This document shows, in pieces, positions 15,898 through 25,131 of a stretch of DNA of 32,000 nt. The first letter of the stretch is position 1. The number at the start of each line of letters is the position of its first letter. Made by a program: the position numbers and the translations under genes. The stretch is from Halogeometricum borinquense DSM 11551. Lineage in GTDB: Archaea; Halobacteriota; Halobacteria; Halobacteriales; Haloferacaceae. The stretch spans positions 1,830,001 to 1,862,000 of the forward strand of contig NC_014729.1 in NCBI RefSeq assembly GCF_000172995.2. The letters run 5' to 3'. The notes under the pieces were generated by a model. The model was not told the origin of the DNA. It was given only the letters and a program-made list of their open reading frames with translations, and searched no databases.

Positions 15898-17796
15898 ATG
15901 ACTGACGACGAACTTATTTGGCGAATCGCAGGCGGATCTGGGGACGGTATCGCCTCGACGAGCCAAAACTTCGCAAAGGCCCTGATGCGCTCGGGGCTTC
16001 ACGTATTCACGCATCGGCATTACCCGTCGCGCATTCGCGGCGGCCACACGTACACGGAGATTCGGGCCTCCGCCGACCCTGTCAAGTCCCGCGGGGACGG
16101 CTACAACTTCCTGCTCGCTCTCGGTGACTCGTTCGCTCGCAACCCGCAGGAGAACGCGTACTACGGTAACGAGGAGATCAAGCCGCTGTCGGAGAATCTG
16201 GACGAACTCCGCGAGGGCGGAGTCATCATCTACGACTCCGGCCTGCTCGACGCCTCGGAAATCGAGGACTTCGACGAGCGCGTCGAGGAGAACAACTGGC
16301 ACGTCTACGACTTGGACCTCCGCACCATGGCTCGGGACCATGGCCGTGAGGTCATGCGTAACACGGCCGGTGTCGGCGCAACGTGTGCTCTCGCAGGAAT
16401 CGATACCGAGTGGATCGAGGAACTCATGCGCGATGCGATGCCGGAGAAGATTCTCGAACCCAACCTCGAAATCCTCCAAGAGGCCTACGAGATGGTCGAA
16501 GAGGAGTACGACGTGGACGCCCACGACGTGAAGATTCCCGAGGGCGAACACGAGGAAGAACAGGTGCTCCTTTCGGGCTCGGACGCCATCGCATACGGCG
16601 CACTCGACGAAGGCTGCCGGTTCATCGCGGGCTACCCAATGACCCCGTGGACGGAAGTCTTCACAATCATGTCCCAGAACCTGCCCGAACTCGGCGGTAT
16701 CTCCGAGCAGGTCGAGGACGAAATCGCTGCAGCGGCGCTCGCCATCGGTGCCTCCCACGCCGGCGTCAAGGCGATGTCCGGTTCGTCCGGCGGTGGGTTC
16801 GCACTGATGTCTGAACCGCTCGGCCTCGCCGAGATGACCGAGACCCCGGTCGTTCTCGTCGAAGCCATGCGCGCCGGCCCCTCGACGGGGATGCCGACGA
16901 AGCCCGAACAGGGCGACCTCGAACACGTCCTGTACACCTCGCAGGGCGACTCTCACCGCGTCGTCTTCGCGCCTTCGGGAGCCGAAGAGGCGTACCACCA
17001 GACACGCCGCGCCTTCCAGATCGCCTACGAGTACCAGATTCCGAGCATCGTTCTCTACGATCAGAAGAACGGCGGCGAACTCCAGAACGTTCCGGCCAGC
17101 GTCTTCGACGAGGAACCGAACGGCGACCTCGGCTCGGTTATGACCGAGGAAGAACTGGCAGACGCGCCGCACGATGACTCTGGGAAGTACAACCGCTTCC
17201 AGCACGAAGGCGAGAACGGCGTCAGCCCGCGTTCCATTCCCGGACAGAAGGGCGGTCGCTACCTCGCAGCGGGTAACGAACACATGCCCGCCGGACACAT
17301 CTCTGAGGACCCGGAAAACCGCGTCCTTCAGGTTAACCGGCGTATGGAGAAGCTCGAAGCGATCCGCGCGGACCTCGACAGCGACGAGACGTCGAACAAT
17401 ACGCTGTACGGTCCCGAGGACGCCGAGTACGGCATTATGACGTTCGGCTCCCAGCAGGGAACCGTCGAAGAGGCCATTGACCGACTCAACGACCGCGGTT
17501 ACTCCGTGAAGGCGCTCGGCGTCTCCGAGATGGCCCCGTACCCGGTCGAACAGGTCTCCGAGTTCTTGGAGAGCGTCGAAGACTGCCTCGTCGTCGAGAT
17601 GAACGCGTCGGCGCAGTTCCGCGGCCTCACCCAGAAGGAAGTCGGCCGCTTCGGTGAGAAACTGTCGAGCCTCCTCAAGTACAACGGCAACCCGTTCGAA
17701 CCCGAGGAGATCACCGAGGGCTTCATCACCAGTATCGTCGAAGGTGAGGAACTCCCCACCCACGAGACCAAATTTGTCCCCGCAGCGAGTGATTAA
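15898..17796 (+). CDS. porA: 2-oxoacid:ferredoxin oxidoreductase alpha subunit (size fits the pyruvate enzyme PorA)
   Basis: 632 aa fused alpha/gamma-type subunit, with ISGSDAIAYGALDEGCRFIAGYPMTP-like and GGGFALMSE motifs. Followed 2 nt later by the TPP-binding beta subunit. Confidence 0.88.
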   Translation: MTDDELIWRIAGGSGDGIASTSQNFAKALMRSGLHVFTHRHYPSRIRGGHTYTEIRASADPVKSRGDGYNFLLALGDSFARNPQENAYYGNEEIKPLSENLDELREGGVIIYDSGLLDASEIEDFDERVEENNWHVYDLDLRTMARDHGREVMRNTAGVGATCALAGIDTEWIEELMRDAMPEKILEPNLEILQEAYEMVEEEYDVDAHDVKIPEGEHEEEQVLLSGSDAIAYGALDEGCRFIAGYPMTPWTEVFTIMSQNLPELGGISEQVEDEIAAAALAIGASHAGVKAMSGSSGGGFALMSEPLGLAEMTETPVVLVEAMRAGPSTGMPTKPEQGDLEHVLYTSQGDSHRVVFAPSGAEEAYHQTRRAFQIAYEYQIPSIVLYDQKNGGELQNVPASVFDEEPNGDLGSVMTEEELADAPHDDSGKYNRFQHEGENGVSPRSIPGQKGGRYLAAGNEHMPAGHISEDPENRVLQVNRRMEKLEAIRADLDSDETSNNTLYGPEDAEYGIMTFGSQQGTVEEAIDRLNDRGYSVKALGVSEMAPYPVEQVSEFLESVEDCLVVEMNASAQFRGLTQKEVGRFGEKLSSLLKYNGNPFEPEEITEGFITSIVEGEELPTHETKFVPAASD

Positions 17797-17798
17797 GT

Positions 17799-18737
17799 AT
17801 GAGTGCATTCAGCGCAATCGGCGAAGAAGCCGAACGAGACCGTAACGAGTACACGCCCGGGCTCGAACCACAGCCCACGTGGTGTCCCGGCTGTGGTGAC
17901 TTCGGGGTCCTGAAGGCCCTGAAGGGTGCCGCGGCGGAACTCGGCCTATCGCCCGAAGAGATGCTCGTCGTGACGGGTATCGGCTGCTCGGGCAAGTTGA
18001 ACAGTTACTTCGAGAGCTACGGATTCCACACGATTCACGGCCGCTCGCTCCCCATCGCGCGCGCCGCGAAACTCGCAAACTCCGGCCTGACGGTCGTCGC
18101 CGCCGGTGGCGACGGTGACGGCTACGGTATCGGCGGGAACCACTTCATGCACACCGCCCGCGAGAATCACGATATAACCTACATCGTGTTCAACAACGAA
18201 ATCTTCGGGCTGACGAAGGGGCAGACCTCGCCCACGTCGCCGAAGGGTCACAAATCGAAGACCCAGCCGCACGGTTCCGCAAAGGAACCGCTTCGGCCGC
18301 TTTCGATGTCCCTCAACGCGGGTGCGTCGTACGTCGCCCGTACGGCCGCCGTCAACCCGAACCAGGCCAAGGACATCATCGTCGAGGCAATCCAGCACGA
18401 CGGCTTCAGCCACGTGGACTTCCTCACGCAGTGTCCGACGTGGAACAAGGACGCAAAGCAGTACGTCCCGTACATCGACATCAACGACTCCGAGGACTAC
18501 GACATCGACATCAGCGACCGCAAGTCCGCGGCTGACATGATGTACGAGACGGAGGATGCACTCCACGAGGGGACCGTCCTCACGGGTCGGTACTACCACG
18601 ACGAAGACCGCCCGTCCTACCAGCAGGAGAAGCGTCGCATCGGCGAGATTCCCGAGGAATCCCTCGCAGAGCGGTACTTCGACGACGAGTACGAGTGGGA
18701 GCGCACCCACGACCTCTTCCTCGACAAGCACAAGTAA
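17799..18737 (+). CDS. porB: 2-oxoacid:ferredoxin oxidoreductase beta subunit (TPP-binding)
   Basis: WCPGCGDFGVL and the GGDGDGYGIGGNH TPP motif. 312 aa. Confidence 0.9.
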   Translation: MSAFSAIGEEAERDRNEYTPGLEPQPTWCPGCGDFGVLKALKGAAAELGLSPEEMLVVTGIGCSGKLNSYFESYGFHTIHGRSLPIARAAKLANSGLTVVAAGGDGDGYGIGGNHFMHTARENHDITYIVFNNEIFGLTKGQTSPTSPKGHKSKTQPHGSAKEPLRPLSMSLNAGASYVARTAAVNPNQAKDIIVEAIQHDGFSHVDFLTQCPTWNKDAKQYVPYIDINDSEDYDIDISDRKSAADMMYETEDALHEGTVLTGRYYHDEDRPSYQQEKRRIGEIPEESLAERYFDDEYEWERTHDLFLDKHK

Positions 18738-18748
18738 CTGCCCAAATA

Positions 18749-18774
18749 CGGCCGTTTTCGGCCGTTCGTTCTTT
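18749..18774 (+). terminator. hairpin CGGCCG-TTTT-CGGCCG followed by a T-rich tract, after porB
   Basis: 6-bp stem at 18749-18754 / 18759-18764, then TTCGTTCTTT. Confidence 0.4.
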
Positions 18775-18800
18775 GAGAGACGCTGTTTTCTGATTCGGAA

Positions 18801-18810
18801 GATATTTTTT
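18801..18810 (+). promoter_or_regulatory. AT-rich TATA-like element GATATTTTTT about 28 nt upstream of the Lrp ATG
   Basis: Position is consistent with a leaderless transcript. Confidence 0.35.
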
Positions 18811-18832
18811 CAGCGAAGCAAAAGCCACAGCC

Positions 18833-19261
18833 ATGGAAGCCACCTCTACGGAGGGACGTATTCTTGCCGTCCTCGAACAGGACGCGCAGGCGTCCTACGC
18901 GGAAATCGCTGATCGGGCGGACGTGTCGAAACCAACGGTTCGAAAGTATATCCAGAAGTTGGAGTCCGACGGCGTCATCGTGGGCTATTCGGCGGACGTG
19001 GACCCGAAGAAGCTCTCCGGACAGTCTATCGCACTCGTCGGCATCGACGTCGCATCCGAACGCTACGTCGAGGCCACGCGCGCGTTGAAGGATTTAGAGC
19101 CGGTGGAGTCGTTGTACTCCTCGTCCGGCGACCACATGCTGATGGCGGAGGTCCGGGCGACCGATGGCGACGCCCTCGGCGACGTTATCGCGGAGGAGAT
19201 ACTGGGCATCGAGGGCGTCACCGCCGCGCATCCGTCGTTCCTGCAGGAACGTCTGAAGTAG
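18833..19261 (+). CDS. lrp: Lrp/AsnC-family transcriptional regulator
   Basis: N-terminal HTH ILAVLEQDAQASYAEIADRADVSKPTVRKYIQKLESDGVI followed by a RAM-like domain. 142 aa. Confidence 0.85.
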   Translation: MEATSTEGRILAVLEQDAQASYAEIADRADVSKPTVRKYIQKLESDGVIVGYSADVDPKKLSGQSIALVGIDVASERYVEATRALKDLEPVESLYSSSGDHMLMAEVRATDGDALGDVIAEEILGIEGVTAAHPSFLQERLK

Positions 19262-19399
19262 GCGACGCCGCTTACCCGGCTCGATACCGCCGTCCCTCCG
19301 TTTTCGGCCGATTCCAATCGCTGAGGGTGATCTTTCGTTCACCTTCACTTTCGCTACGCTTTGCGAAGGCTAAGGAGGCTGCACGACTGATATCAGACG

Positions 19400-20737
19400 A
19401 TGGCGGGCGAGACGCTTCCGGGCGTGACACGTAAGGAGCGCGCTGACGCGCGCATCGTCCTGCACGTGGACATGGACTGCTTTTACGCCTCCTGCGAACG
19501 CCTCCGAGAGCCCGAACTCCGCGGTGAACCTGTCGTCGTCGGCATGGGATACGAGGCAGGCGAGTCGTTCGGAGCCGTCGCCACGGCAAGTTACGAAGCC
19601 CGCGAGTACGGTATCGATAGTGCCCAGCCGATCTCACAGGCGCTCGAACGCCTCCCGCAAATCGAGAACGCCGCAGACGACGAACCGGGCGGTCACTATC
19701 GTCCGGTGGACATGGAGTTCTACAAGTCGGTGGCGAGCGAGGTCAAAGAGATTCTGCACGACTGCGCAGACGTGGTACGCGAGGTGAGCATCGACGAAGC
19801 GTATCTCGACGTGACCGACCGAACCGCCTGGCAGACGGTCGAAGGCGACGACCGAACGCTGGCGGAGGGTGTCGGTCGCCACGTCAAACAGCGAATCAGC
19901 CGGGAAGTTGGCGTTCCGGCCAGCGTCGGCGTCGCGCCCAACATGTCCGCCGCGAAGGTGGCTTCCGACCACGACAAACCGAACGGGCTCGTCGTCGTCC
20001 CGCCCGGGTCGGTCAGCGAGTTTCTGGCTCCGCTTTCGGTGACGGAAGTCCACGGTGTCGGCCCCGTCACGGCACGGAAGATGGCCGAGATGGGAATTCA
20101 GACGGCGGGAGACTTGGCGGCCGCAGACCCGAGTACGTTGGAGGAGCGATTCGGCTCTCGGGGGCGGGAACTCTACGACAGGGCGCGCGGCGTAGACGAC
20201 AGAGCGGTGACGCCGACGGGTCGCCCGAAGAGCCTCTCCCGCGAATCGGCGTTCGCAGAGGCAACTGAGGACACAGAAGAGAAAGCGAACGTCGTCACCG
20301 CACTGGCGGCTGACGTAGCCGAACGCGCCCGGAGTCGCGGCGCGATGTATCGAACTATCGGTATCAAGGTGGTCACGCCGCCGTACGACGTGAATACGCG
20401 GGCGCAGTCGCTTTCCGGGCCGGTGGACGACCCCGAGTTGGTTCGAGAGGTGGCGCTCGATCTCCTCTCGGAGTTCGAAGACGCGGCGACGCGGAAAGTC
20501 GGTGTTCGCGTCTCGAACCTCTCCTTTACCGATGCCGATCAGTCAAGCTTGGACGGGTGGGAGGGTGCGAGTGCCTCGGCAACAGAGGATGCGACGACGG
20601 CCGGGGCGATGGAGGACGCACCGGTGGCGGATTCGCCGGCAGAGGACATCCCAGCGGCGGAGCAACCGACGGAGGACGCCGAGGATAGCGGCTGGGCTGC
20701 GGAAAACGGACAAGTGTCGTTGGGCGACTTCGACTAA
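19400..20737 (+). CDS. dinB: Y-family DNA polymerase IV with about 85-aa acidic C-terminal extension
   Basis: IVLHVDMDCFYASCE catalytic motif, SIDEAYLDV, and the HhH segment VHGVGPVTARKM. C-terminus ends QVSLGDFD (PIP-like). Confidence 0.9.
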   Translation: MAGETLPGVTRKERADARIVLHVDMDCFYASCERLREPELRGEPVVVGMGYEAGESFGAVATASYEAREYGIDSAQPISQALERLPQIENAADDEPGGHYRPVDMEFYKSVASEVKEILHDCADVVREVSIDEAYLDVTDRTAWQTVEGDDRTLAEGVGRHVKQRISREVGVPASVGVAPNMSAAKVASDHDKPNGLVVVPPGSVSEFLAPLSVTEVHGVGPVTARKMAEMGIQTAGDLAAADPSTLEERFGSRGRELYDRARGVDDRAVTPTGRPKSLSRESAFAEATEDTEEKANVVTALAADVAERARSRGAMYRTIGIKVVTPPYDVNTRAQSLSGPVDDPELVREVALDLLSEFEDAATRKVGVRVSNLSFTDADQSSLDGWEGASASATEDATTAGAMEDAPVADSPAEDIPAAEQPTEDAEDSGWAAENGQVSLGDFD

Positions 20738-20846
20738 CGCTGCCGAACATCCGCTCTCTCGCATTTTTGACTGCTTTGCCCCCACGTCCGCCGCGCGTCG
20801 GACGCGAGGGGAGGAACTATGAGGCGGCAGGAAGACGAACCGATAG

Positions 20847-22613
20847 ATGAGCGAGGATACGGAGACCATCACCGTCGCAGACGTGCGCGACGGCGTCGGG
20901 GGAGACGCGAACGCGGATCCGGGAACGCCGGTCAAACTCCCCGTGGTGGACATCTTGACGGGGCGCGGATTCATCACCGGCAAGTCCGGGTCGGGGAAAT
21001 CGAACACCGCGTCGGTCGTCATCGAGAAACTGCTGTCGAACAATTTTCCAGTACTGATCGTCGACACCGACGGGGAGTACTACGGTCTCAAAGAGCAGTT
21101 CGAACTCCTTCACGCCGGCGCGGACGACGAGTGCGATATCCAAGTCAGCCCCGAACACGCGGAGAAACTGGCCCATCTCGCGCTCGAACAGAACGTCCCA
21201 ATCATCCTCGACGTCTCGGGCTATCTCGACGAGGACGACGCACAGAAACTCCTGACCGAGGTGGCGAAGAACCTGTTTGCCAAGGAGAAAAAACTGAAAA
21301 AGCCGTTCTTGATGCTCGTCGAGGAGTGCCACGAGTACATCCCCGAAGGCGGCGGGATGAACGAGGCGGGTAAGATGCTCATCAAGATCGGCAAACGGGG
21401 CCGAAAACACGGGCTCGGAATCGTCGGCATCTCTCAGCGTCCCGCCGACGTGAAAAAGGACTTCATCACCCAGTGTGACTGGCTCTGTTGGCACCGCCTC
21501 ACGTGGAACAACGACACGAAAGTCGTCGGCCGGATCCTCGGCTCGGAGTACGCCGACGCAATCGAGGATATGGCTAACGGCGAGGCGTTCCTCGTCACCG
21601 ACTGGTCTGAGTCCATCCGCCGCGTGCAGTTCAGAAAGAAGAGTACCTTCGACGCGGGTGCGACCCCCGGTCTGGACGACTTCGAACGCCCCGACCTGAA
21701 GTCCATCGACGGCAATCTCGTCTCGGAGTTGCAGGACATCTCCGACGAGAAGGCGCGCCGCGAGAGCGAAATCGCGGATCTGAGACAGGAGTTAGAGAAA
21801 AAGGAAGCGAAGATACGCGACCTCAAACGCGAACTGGAAGAGGCCCGCGATCTGTCGCACATGGCCGACCAGTTCGCGCAGGCGATGTTCCAGAAGGCCG
21901 AAGCACCCTACCGCGGTGGGCAGGGTCGGAACCTCAAACGCCCCGAAGAAAAGCAGTCCGCGCTCGGAGAGTACAACGCCCCGAAGAACGGGTCGGACGG
22001 GACGGATGCCGCAACGAGTTCCGACGCCGGAACGGCCGCCGCCGATGACGCCACAGCCAGCGTCCGCGAGGACGAATCACACGAAGAAGAGGCCGTCACC
22101 TCGGCGACAGCAGGTGCGTATCCCGGTTTGGATCTGGACAGAGACGGCGTCGGCGACGACGTGTCTGTGGCTCCCGAACGCGCCCACAGCGAACTCGCCG
22201 GGCTCACCGGGCGCGAGGACGTGGTCGAACGCCTGCGGAACGTCGTCGCTTCCCTCCCCGACGTATCGCGTCGGATGCTCGCGTTCTACCGCGAAATCGA
22301 CGCCTGCGATCCGGTCGATGCCCACGTCGCGGCGGGTGAAGTCGGCGACAAGCAACTCGCGTACAGCCGAAACGGCCCGCTTCGACGCGCTGGATTCATC
22401 GAACACGTCGGGCGCGGACGCTACGCCTACGCCATCCCGGAACTCGTCCGCGAGACGTTCGCCGACAGACTCGACGAGGAGGAACTCGCGGCCGTCGTCT
22501 CAGCCGTCGAAGCGTCGTTCGTTCCGACGATGGGTGACACGGGCGAGTCCGAGACCGGCGGCTCAGATTCCGAGACTGAGACAGAAGACGACGCGGCCGC
22601 AGCGGACGACTGA
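20847..22613 (+). CDS. HerA/FtsK-superfamily (DUF87-like) P-loop ATPase fused to a coiled coil, an acidic linker and a winged-helix-like C-terminal domain
   Basis: Walker A GKSGSGKSNT, Walker B FLMLVEECHEY, and RGRKHGLGIVGISQRPADV. Charged heptad-like stretch ELQDISDEKARRESEIADLRQELEKKEAKIRDLKRELEEARD. C-terminal segment LAYSRNGPLRRAGFIEHVGRGRYAYAI. Confidence 0.8.
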   Translation: MSEDTETITVADVRDGVGGDANADPGTPVKLPVVDILTGRGFITGKSGSGKSNTASVVIEKLLSNNFPVLIVDTDGEYYGLKEQFELLHAGADDECDIQVSPEHAEKLAHLALEQNVPIILDVSGYLDEDDAQKLLTEVAKNLFAKEKKLKKPFLMLVEECHEYIPEGGGMNEAGKMLIKIGKRGRKHGLGIVGISQRPADVKKDFITQCDWLCWHRLTWNNDTKVVGRILGSEYADAIEDMANGEAFLVTDWSESIRRVQFRKKSTFDAGATPGLDDFERPDLKSIDGNLVSELQDISDEKARRESEIADLRQELEKKEAKIRDLKRELEEARDLSHMADQFAQAMFQKAEAPYRGGQGRNLKRPEEKQSALGEYNAPKNGSDGTDAATSSDAGTAAADDATASVREDESHEEEAVTSATAGAYPGLDLDRDGVGDDVSVAPERAHSELAGLTGREDVVERLRNVVASLPDVSRRMLAFYREIDACDPVDAHVAAGEVGDKQLAYSRNGPLRRAGFIEHVGRGRYAYAIPELVRETFADRLDEEELAAVVSAVEASFVPTMGDTGESETGGSDSETETEDDAAAADD

Positions 22614-22679
22614 CCGGCGCGCGCCACTTACGTTCGAGTAGGTTGGGTGTCCGAGTGATTCGATCTACTGTTCTCGAAA

Positions 22680-23324
22680 TTACAGCGGTTCCACGAGGTC
22701 TTCGAGTGCCGCACGCGGGTCGTCGGCCTTGGCGACGCCGGACGCGAGCAGAATCCCCGTCGCGCCGAGGTCGCCCGCGGCGTCAACGTCGTCGCCGGAG
22801 GAGATGCCTGCACCGCAGAACACCTCAACAGATTCGTCCACGTTGGCGGCCGCTTCGACGGCGTCGCGGACGATATCCGGGTCAGCCGTCGCCACGGAGT
22901 CGTCGCCACCGATGAGTTCCGGCGGCTCGACAGCCACCGAGTCCGGCCCGAGTGCTGCGACGGCACCGATCTGTGCGGGGTTGTTCGCGCAGACACAGGT
23001 CTCCAGCCCAGCGCGCGCTGCGGCCTGAACGGACCCGTCGATATCGGCGAGTTTCAGGCGCTTCTCGGAGTGGTTGATGAGCGTGCCGTCCGCACCCGCC
23101 TCAGCGACCGCCTCGGCGAGTGTGCTTCCAGTGTGGCTGCCGTAACCGTTCGGATCAACGTGTTGTGCCCACGTTTCGACACCGGTGTCGGCGACGCGAC
23201 GCACGTCGGCCGCCTGCGGCGCGACAGCGATGCGGACGCCGGATTCCTCGGCCACCTCGTGGGCCGCGGTCGCTACTTCGAGAGGGTCGCACGGATACGC
23301 CTTCAGATTGACGAGGATGAACAC
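22680..23324 (-). CDS. tpiA: triosephosphate isomerase, short archaeal type
   Basis: [11 protein letters not shown]-terminus and the LINHSEKRL catalytic region. 214 aa. The start codon is GTG (cac at 23322-23324). Confidence 0.9.
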   Translation of the reverse strand: MFILVNLKAYPCDPLEVATAAHEVAEESGVRIAVAPQAADVRRVADTGVETWAQHVDPNGYGSHTGSTLAEAVAEAGADGTLINHSEKRLKLADIDGSVQAAARAGLETCVCANNPAQIGAVAALGPDSVAVEPPELIGGDDSVATADPDIVRDAVEAAANVDESVEVFCGAGISSGDDVDAAGDLGATGILLASGVAKADDPRAALEDLVEPL

Positions 23325-23402
23325 GAGAGAGTGTACTCGGTACTGAGCAAAATAGGTTGGTCATCCCCCTCGTTTTTGAGGGCTGAGCGACAGCATTTCG
23401 AC

Positions 23403-23831
23403 ATGGACAATCCGGACGAATCCGTTCCGGTCACCGGTGACCCGGCGGCCGTCGCCGAGACGTTACAACAGCACCTCGGAGACGCCCCGGATACCTCACG
23501 GGTCGGCGCACTCCAACCCATCGTGGAGGCAGTCGCTGGCTGGCGCGACGCCGCCTCTGTCAGTCCGGACGAATGGTTGGCAGCGTTGGAAGCGACGCCA
23601 GATGTGCTCTTTCTCCAGACCGACGACGGTGTCATCCGGTACCGCCCCGATGTGACGGGCGGACGCGACGACCCCGAAGCGTTTCGTCTCGTCAGAACCG
23701 GCGACGACACGAGCGTCGAACCACTTGACCGTGAGGCGGCGGCGGCGGTTCTCGATGACGCATCGGTGACTATCGGCGTCGTCACCGACTTACCGGTCGA
23801 AGTCCGGGCGCGGTTTCTCTCACAGGAGTAA
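23403..23831 (+). CDS. hypothetical acidic protein, 142 aa
   Basis: I chose the ATG at 23403. The track start at 23070 would run antisense through tpiA. Good GC3. No motif recognised. Confidence 0.6.
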   Translation: MDNPDESVPVTGDPAAVAETLQQHLGDAPDTSRVGALQPIVEAVAGWRDAASVSPDEWLAALEATPDVLFLQTDDGVIRYRPDVTGGRDDPEAFRLVRTGDDTSVEPLDREAAAAVLDDASVTIGVVTDLPVEVRARFLSQE

Positions 23832-23861
23832 TTATCGCATCACAGTCGCGCCGCTGACACA

Positions 23862-23878
23862 GCAGACGCTGCGTCTGC
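23862..23878. terminator. hairpin GCAGACG-CTG-CGTCTGC in a convergent intergenic gap
   Basis: Perfect 7-bp stem with a 3-nt loop, between the stops of the 23403 gene and mbf1. No adjacent T tract. Confidence 0.3.
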
Positions 23879-23925
23879 AAGCGACGACGAATCAGTGCCG
23901 TACTGAAACAGAAAGGGGTGTTTGG

Positions 23926-24468
23926 TCAGTCTTTTCGCTTGACGACGTCGCCGAGCGTGGTCGTCGTCGAAGATCCGCCGGACCACTCGCTTTCTTCCTC
24001 GTCGCCGCCTTCGACGAGCGAGATATCGAGTTTTCGTTCGAGTTTCTTCCGGACGTTGTCCGGCGGGAGGATGTCACCGCGTTCGAGTTTGCGGATCAGG
24101 CTCGCCTTCTCGTTGAGAGAGTCTGCGAGATCCTCTTGGCTCATCCCGTTGTTCTCGCGGGCCTGACGGATTCGGTCGTCGTAGTCGGCCGCGATTTCGT
24201 CCATGTCGTCGAACATGTCGCGGCGACGTCGAGTCGATCCGCCCGAACTGGAACTGGAACTGGAGCCAGAACTCGCAGACGAGGACGAGGAGGACGACCC
24301 CGAAGAACTCGACGTTGAGTACTTGGTCGAGCCAGACGCGGAACTCGACTCGGTGCGGACCTCGGTGCCAAACTCAGAACAGTCATCGCAGAGTTCGAGT
24401 TCGGCCCCTTCGACTTTGACCGTCGTCAGCGACGGTCGCTCCTTGCCGCACATTTCGCACTGGGGCAT
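23926..24468 (-). CDS. mbf1: archaeal multiprotein bridging factor 1 (zinc ribbon plus Cro/C1 HTH) with a long Ser-rich linker
   Basis: MPQCEMCGKE...CDDC zinc ribbon. HTH IRQARENNGMSQEDLADSLNEKASLIRKLERG. ATG at 24468 with a TATA box at -28. Confidence 0.85.
   Translation of the reverse strand: MPQCEMCGKERPSLTTVKVEGAELELCDDCSEFGTEVRTESSSASGSTKYSTSSSSGSSSSSSSASSGSSSSSSSGGSTRRRRDMFDDMDEIAADYDDRIRQARENNGMSQEDLADSLNEKASLIRKLERGDILPPDNVRKKLERKLDISLVEGGDEEESEWSGGSSTTTTLGDVVKRKD
24245..24262. repeat. hexanucleotide microsatellite GAACTG x3 inside mbf1, encoding part of a poly-Ser run
   Basis: Read directly. The minus strand reads (AGT TCC)n = Ser-Ser. Confidence 0.8.
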
Positions 24469-24492
24469 ACCTTGTCGTAGTCGGAGGGGCGA

Positions 24493-24500
24493 TATAAAAG
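24493..24500 (-). promoter_or_regulatory. TATA box (minus strand CTTTTATA) about 28 nt upstream of the mbf1 ATG
   Basis: The plus strand reads tataaaag. Very close to the haloarchaeal TATA consensus at leaderless spacing. Confidence 0.55.
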
Positions 24501-24528
24501 ACACGACGCAGGCGACGTCCGGCGAAAC

Positions 24529-25131
24529 TCAGGAGAGGTCCGACCACGCACCCCAGAACCGTTGGAGCGCGGTGAAGTGGCCGATGACCGCGAAGAGCGC
24601 CAACAGCCACCCGACTGGGGACAGGCCGAAGACGGGTCGGGGGGCCGCGGCGGCGACGAACGCGAAGAGACCGATGAGTGCGAGTCGATCTGCGCGCCCG
24701 ACGAGGCCGCCGTAGGCCCGCCCGAGACCGACCGCCTGAATCTGCGTTCCGAGGTACGAGGTCATGAGGACGCCCGTGACGGCTGCGAGGCCGAGACCGT
24801 AGGCGTCGATACCGGCCGCGAGACCGACGAGCATGGCGATGTCGGCGTAGCGGTCGAGGACGTGGTCCAGCAGGTCACCACCCTCCGAAGCGATACCTTG
24901 CGCCCTTGCGAGTGCGCCGTCAACGAGGTCCAACCACCCGTTCAGGAAGACGAACAGGCCGCCGAGAGCGTACCACATCGTTCCGCCGAGGTAGAACGCA
25001 ACGCCAGCGGCGAGCGCGAATCCAAAGGCGACGACGCTCACGCCGTCGGGCGAGAGGCCGAGACGGTCCGCAGCGCCCACGAACGGTTCGAGCAGTCGGT
25101 TGGCGACAGAGCGGTACTGGTCGAGCGTCAT
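24529..25131 (-). CDS. CDP-alcohol phosphatidyltransferase family protein (archaeal polar-lipid head-group synthase)
   Basis: DGALARAQGIASEGGDLLDHVLDRYAD fits D-G-x2-A-R-x8-G-x3-D-x3-D. Multiple TM segments. ATGA overlap with the upstream gene. Confidence 0.85.
   Translation of the reverse strand: MTLDQYRSVANRLLEPFVGAADRLGLSPDGVSVVAFGFALAAGVAFYLGGTMWYALGGLFVFLNGWLDLVDGALARAQGIASEGGDLLDHVLDRYADIAMLVGLAAGIDAYGLGLAAVTGVLMTSYLGTQIQAVGLGRAYGGLVGRADRLALIGLFAFVAAAAPRPVFGLSPVGWLLALFAVIGHFTALQRFWGAWSDLS

Noticed and set aside
15844-17808. 654-aa ORF antisense to porA, the longest uninterrupted non-annotated ORF in the track
   Set aside because: It is exactly co-extensive with porA on the opposite strand. 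Its composition is Val/Arg/Leu/Gly/Asp-rich with no motif, as expected for a shadow ORF in GC-rich DNA where antisense stop codons are rare. The sense strand has unambiguous oxidoreductase motifs.
20817-21494. 225-aa ORF antisense to the HerA-like gene. The same class includes 17946-18731(-), 14836-15702(-), 4619-5473(-), 11437-12180(+), 1454-2320(+), 30550-31356(+) and 24562-25137(+).
   Set aside because: All lie opposite or out of frame to genes with strong family motifs. They have Arg/Val/Gly-heavy composition and lack their own promoter spacing. They are shadow ORFs.
22616-22625. 10-bp palindrome GGCGCGCGCC after the HerA-like gene stop
   Set aside because: A pure G/C palindrome of this length is expected by composition in a genome of ~65% G+C. 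It has no loop and no T tract.
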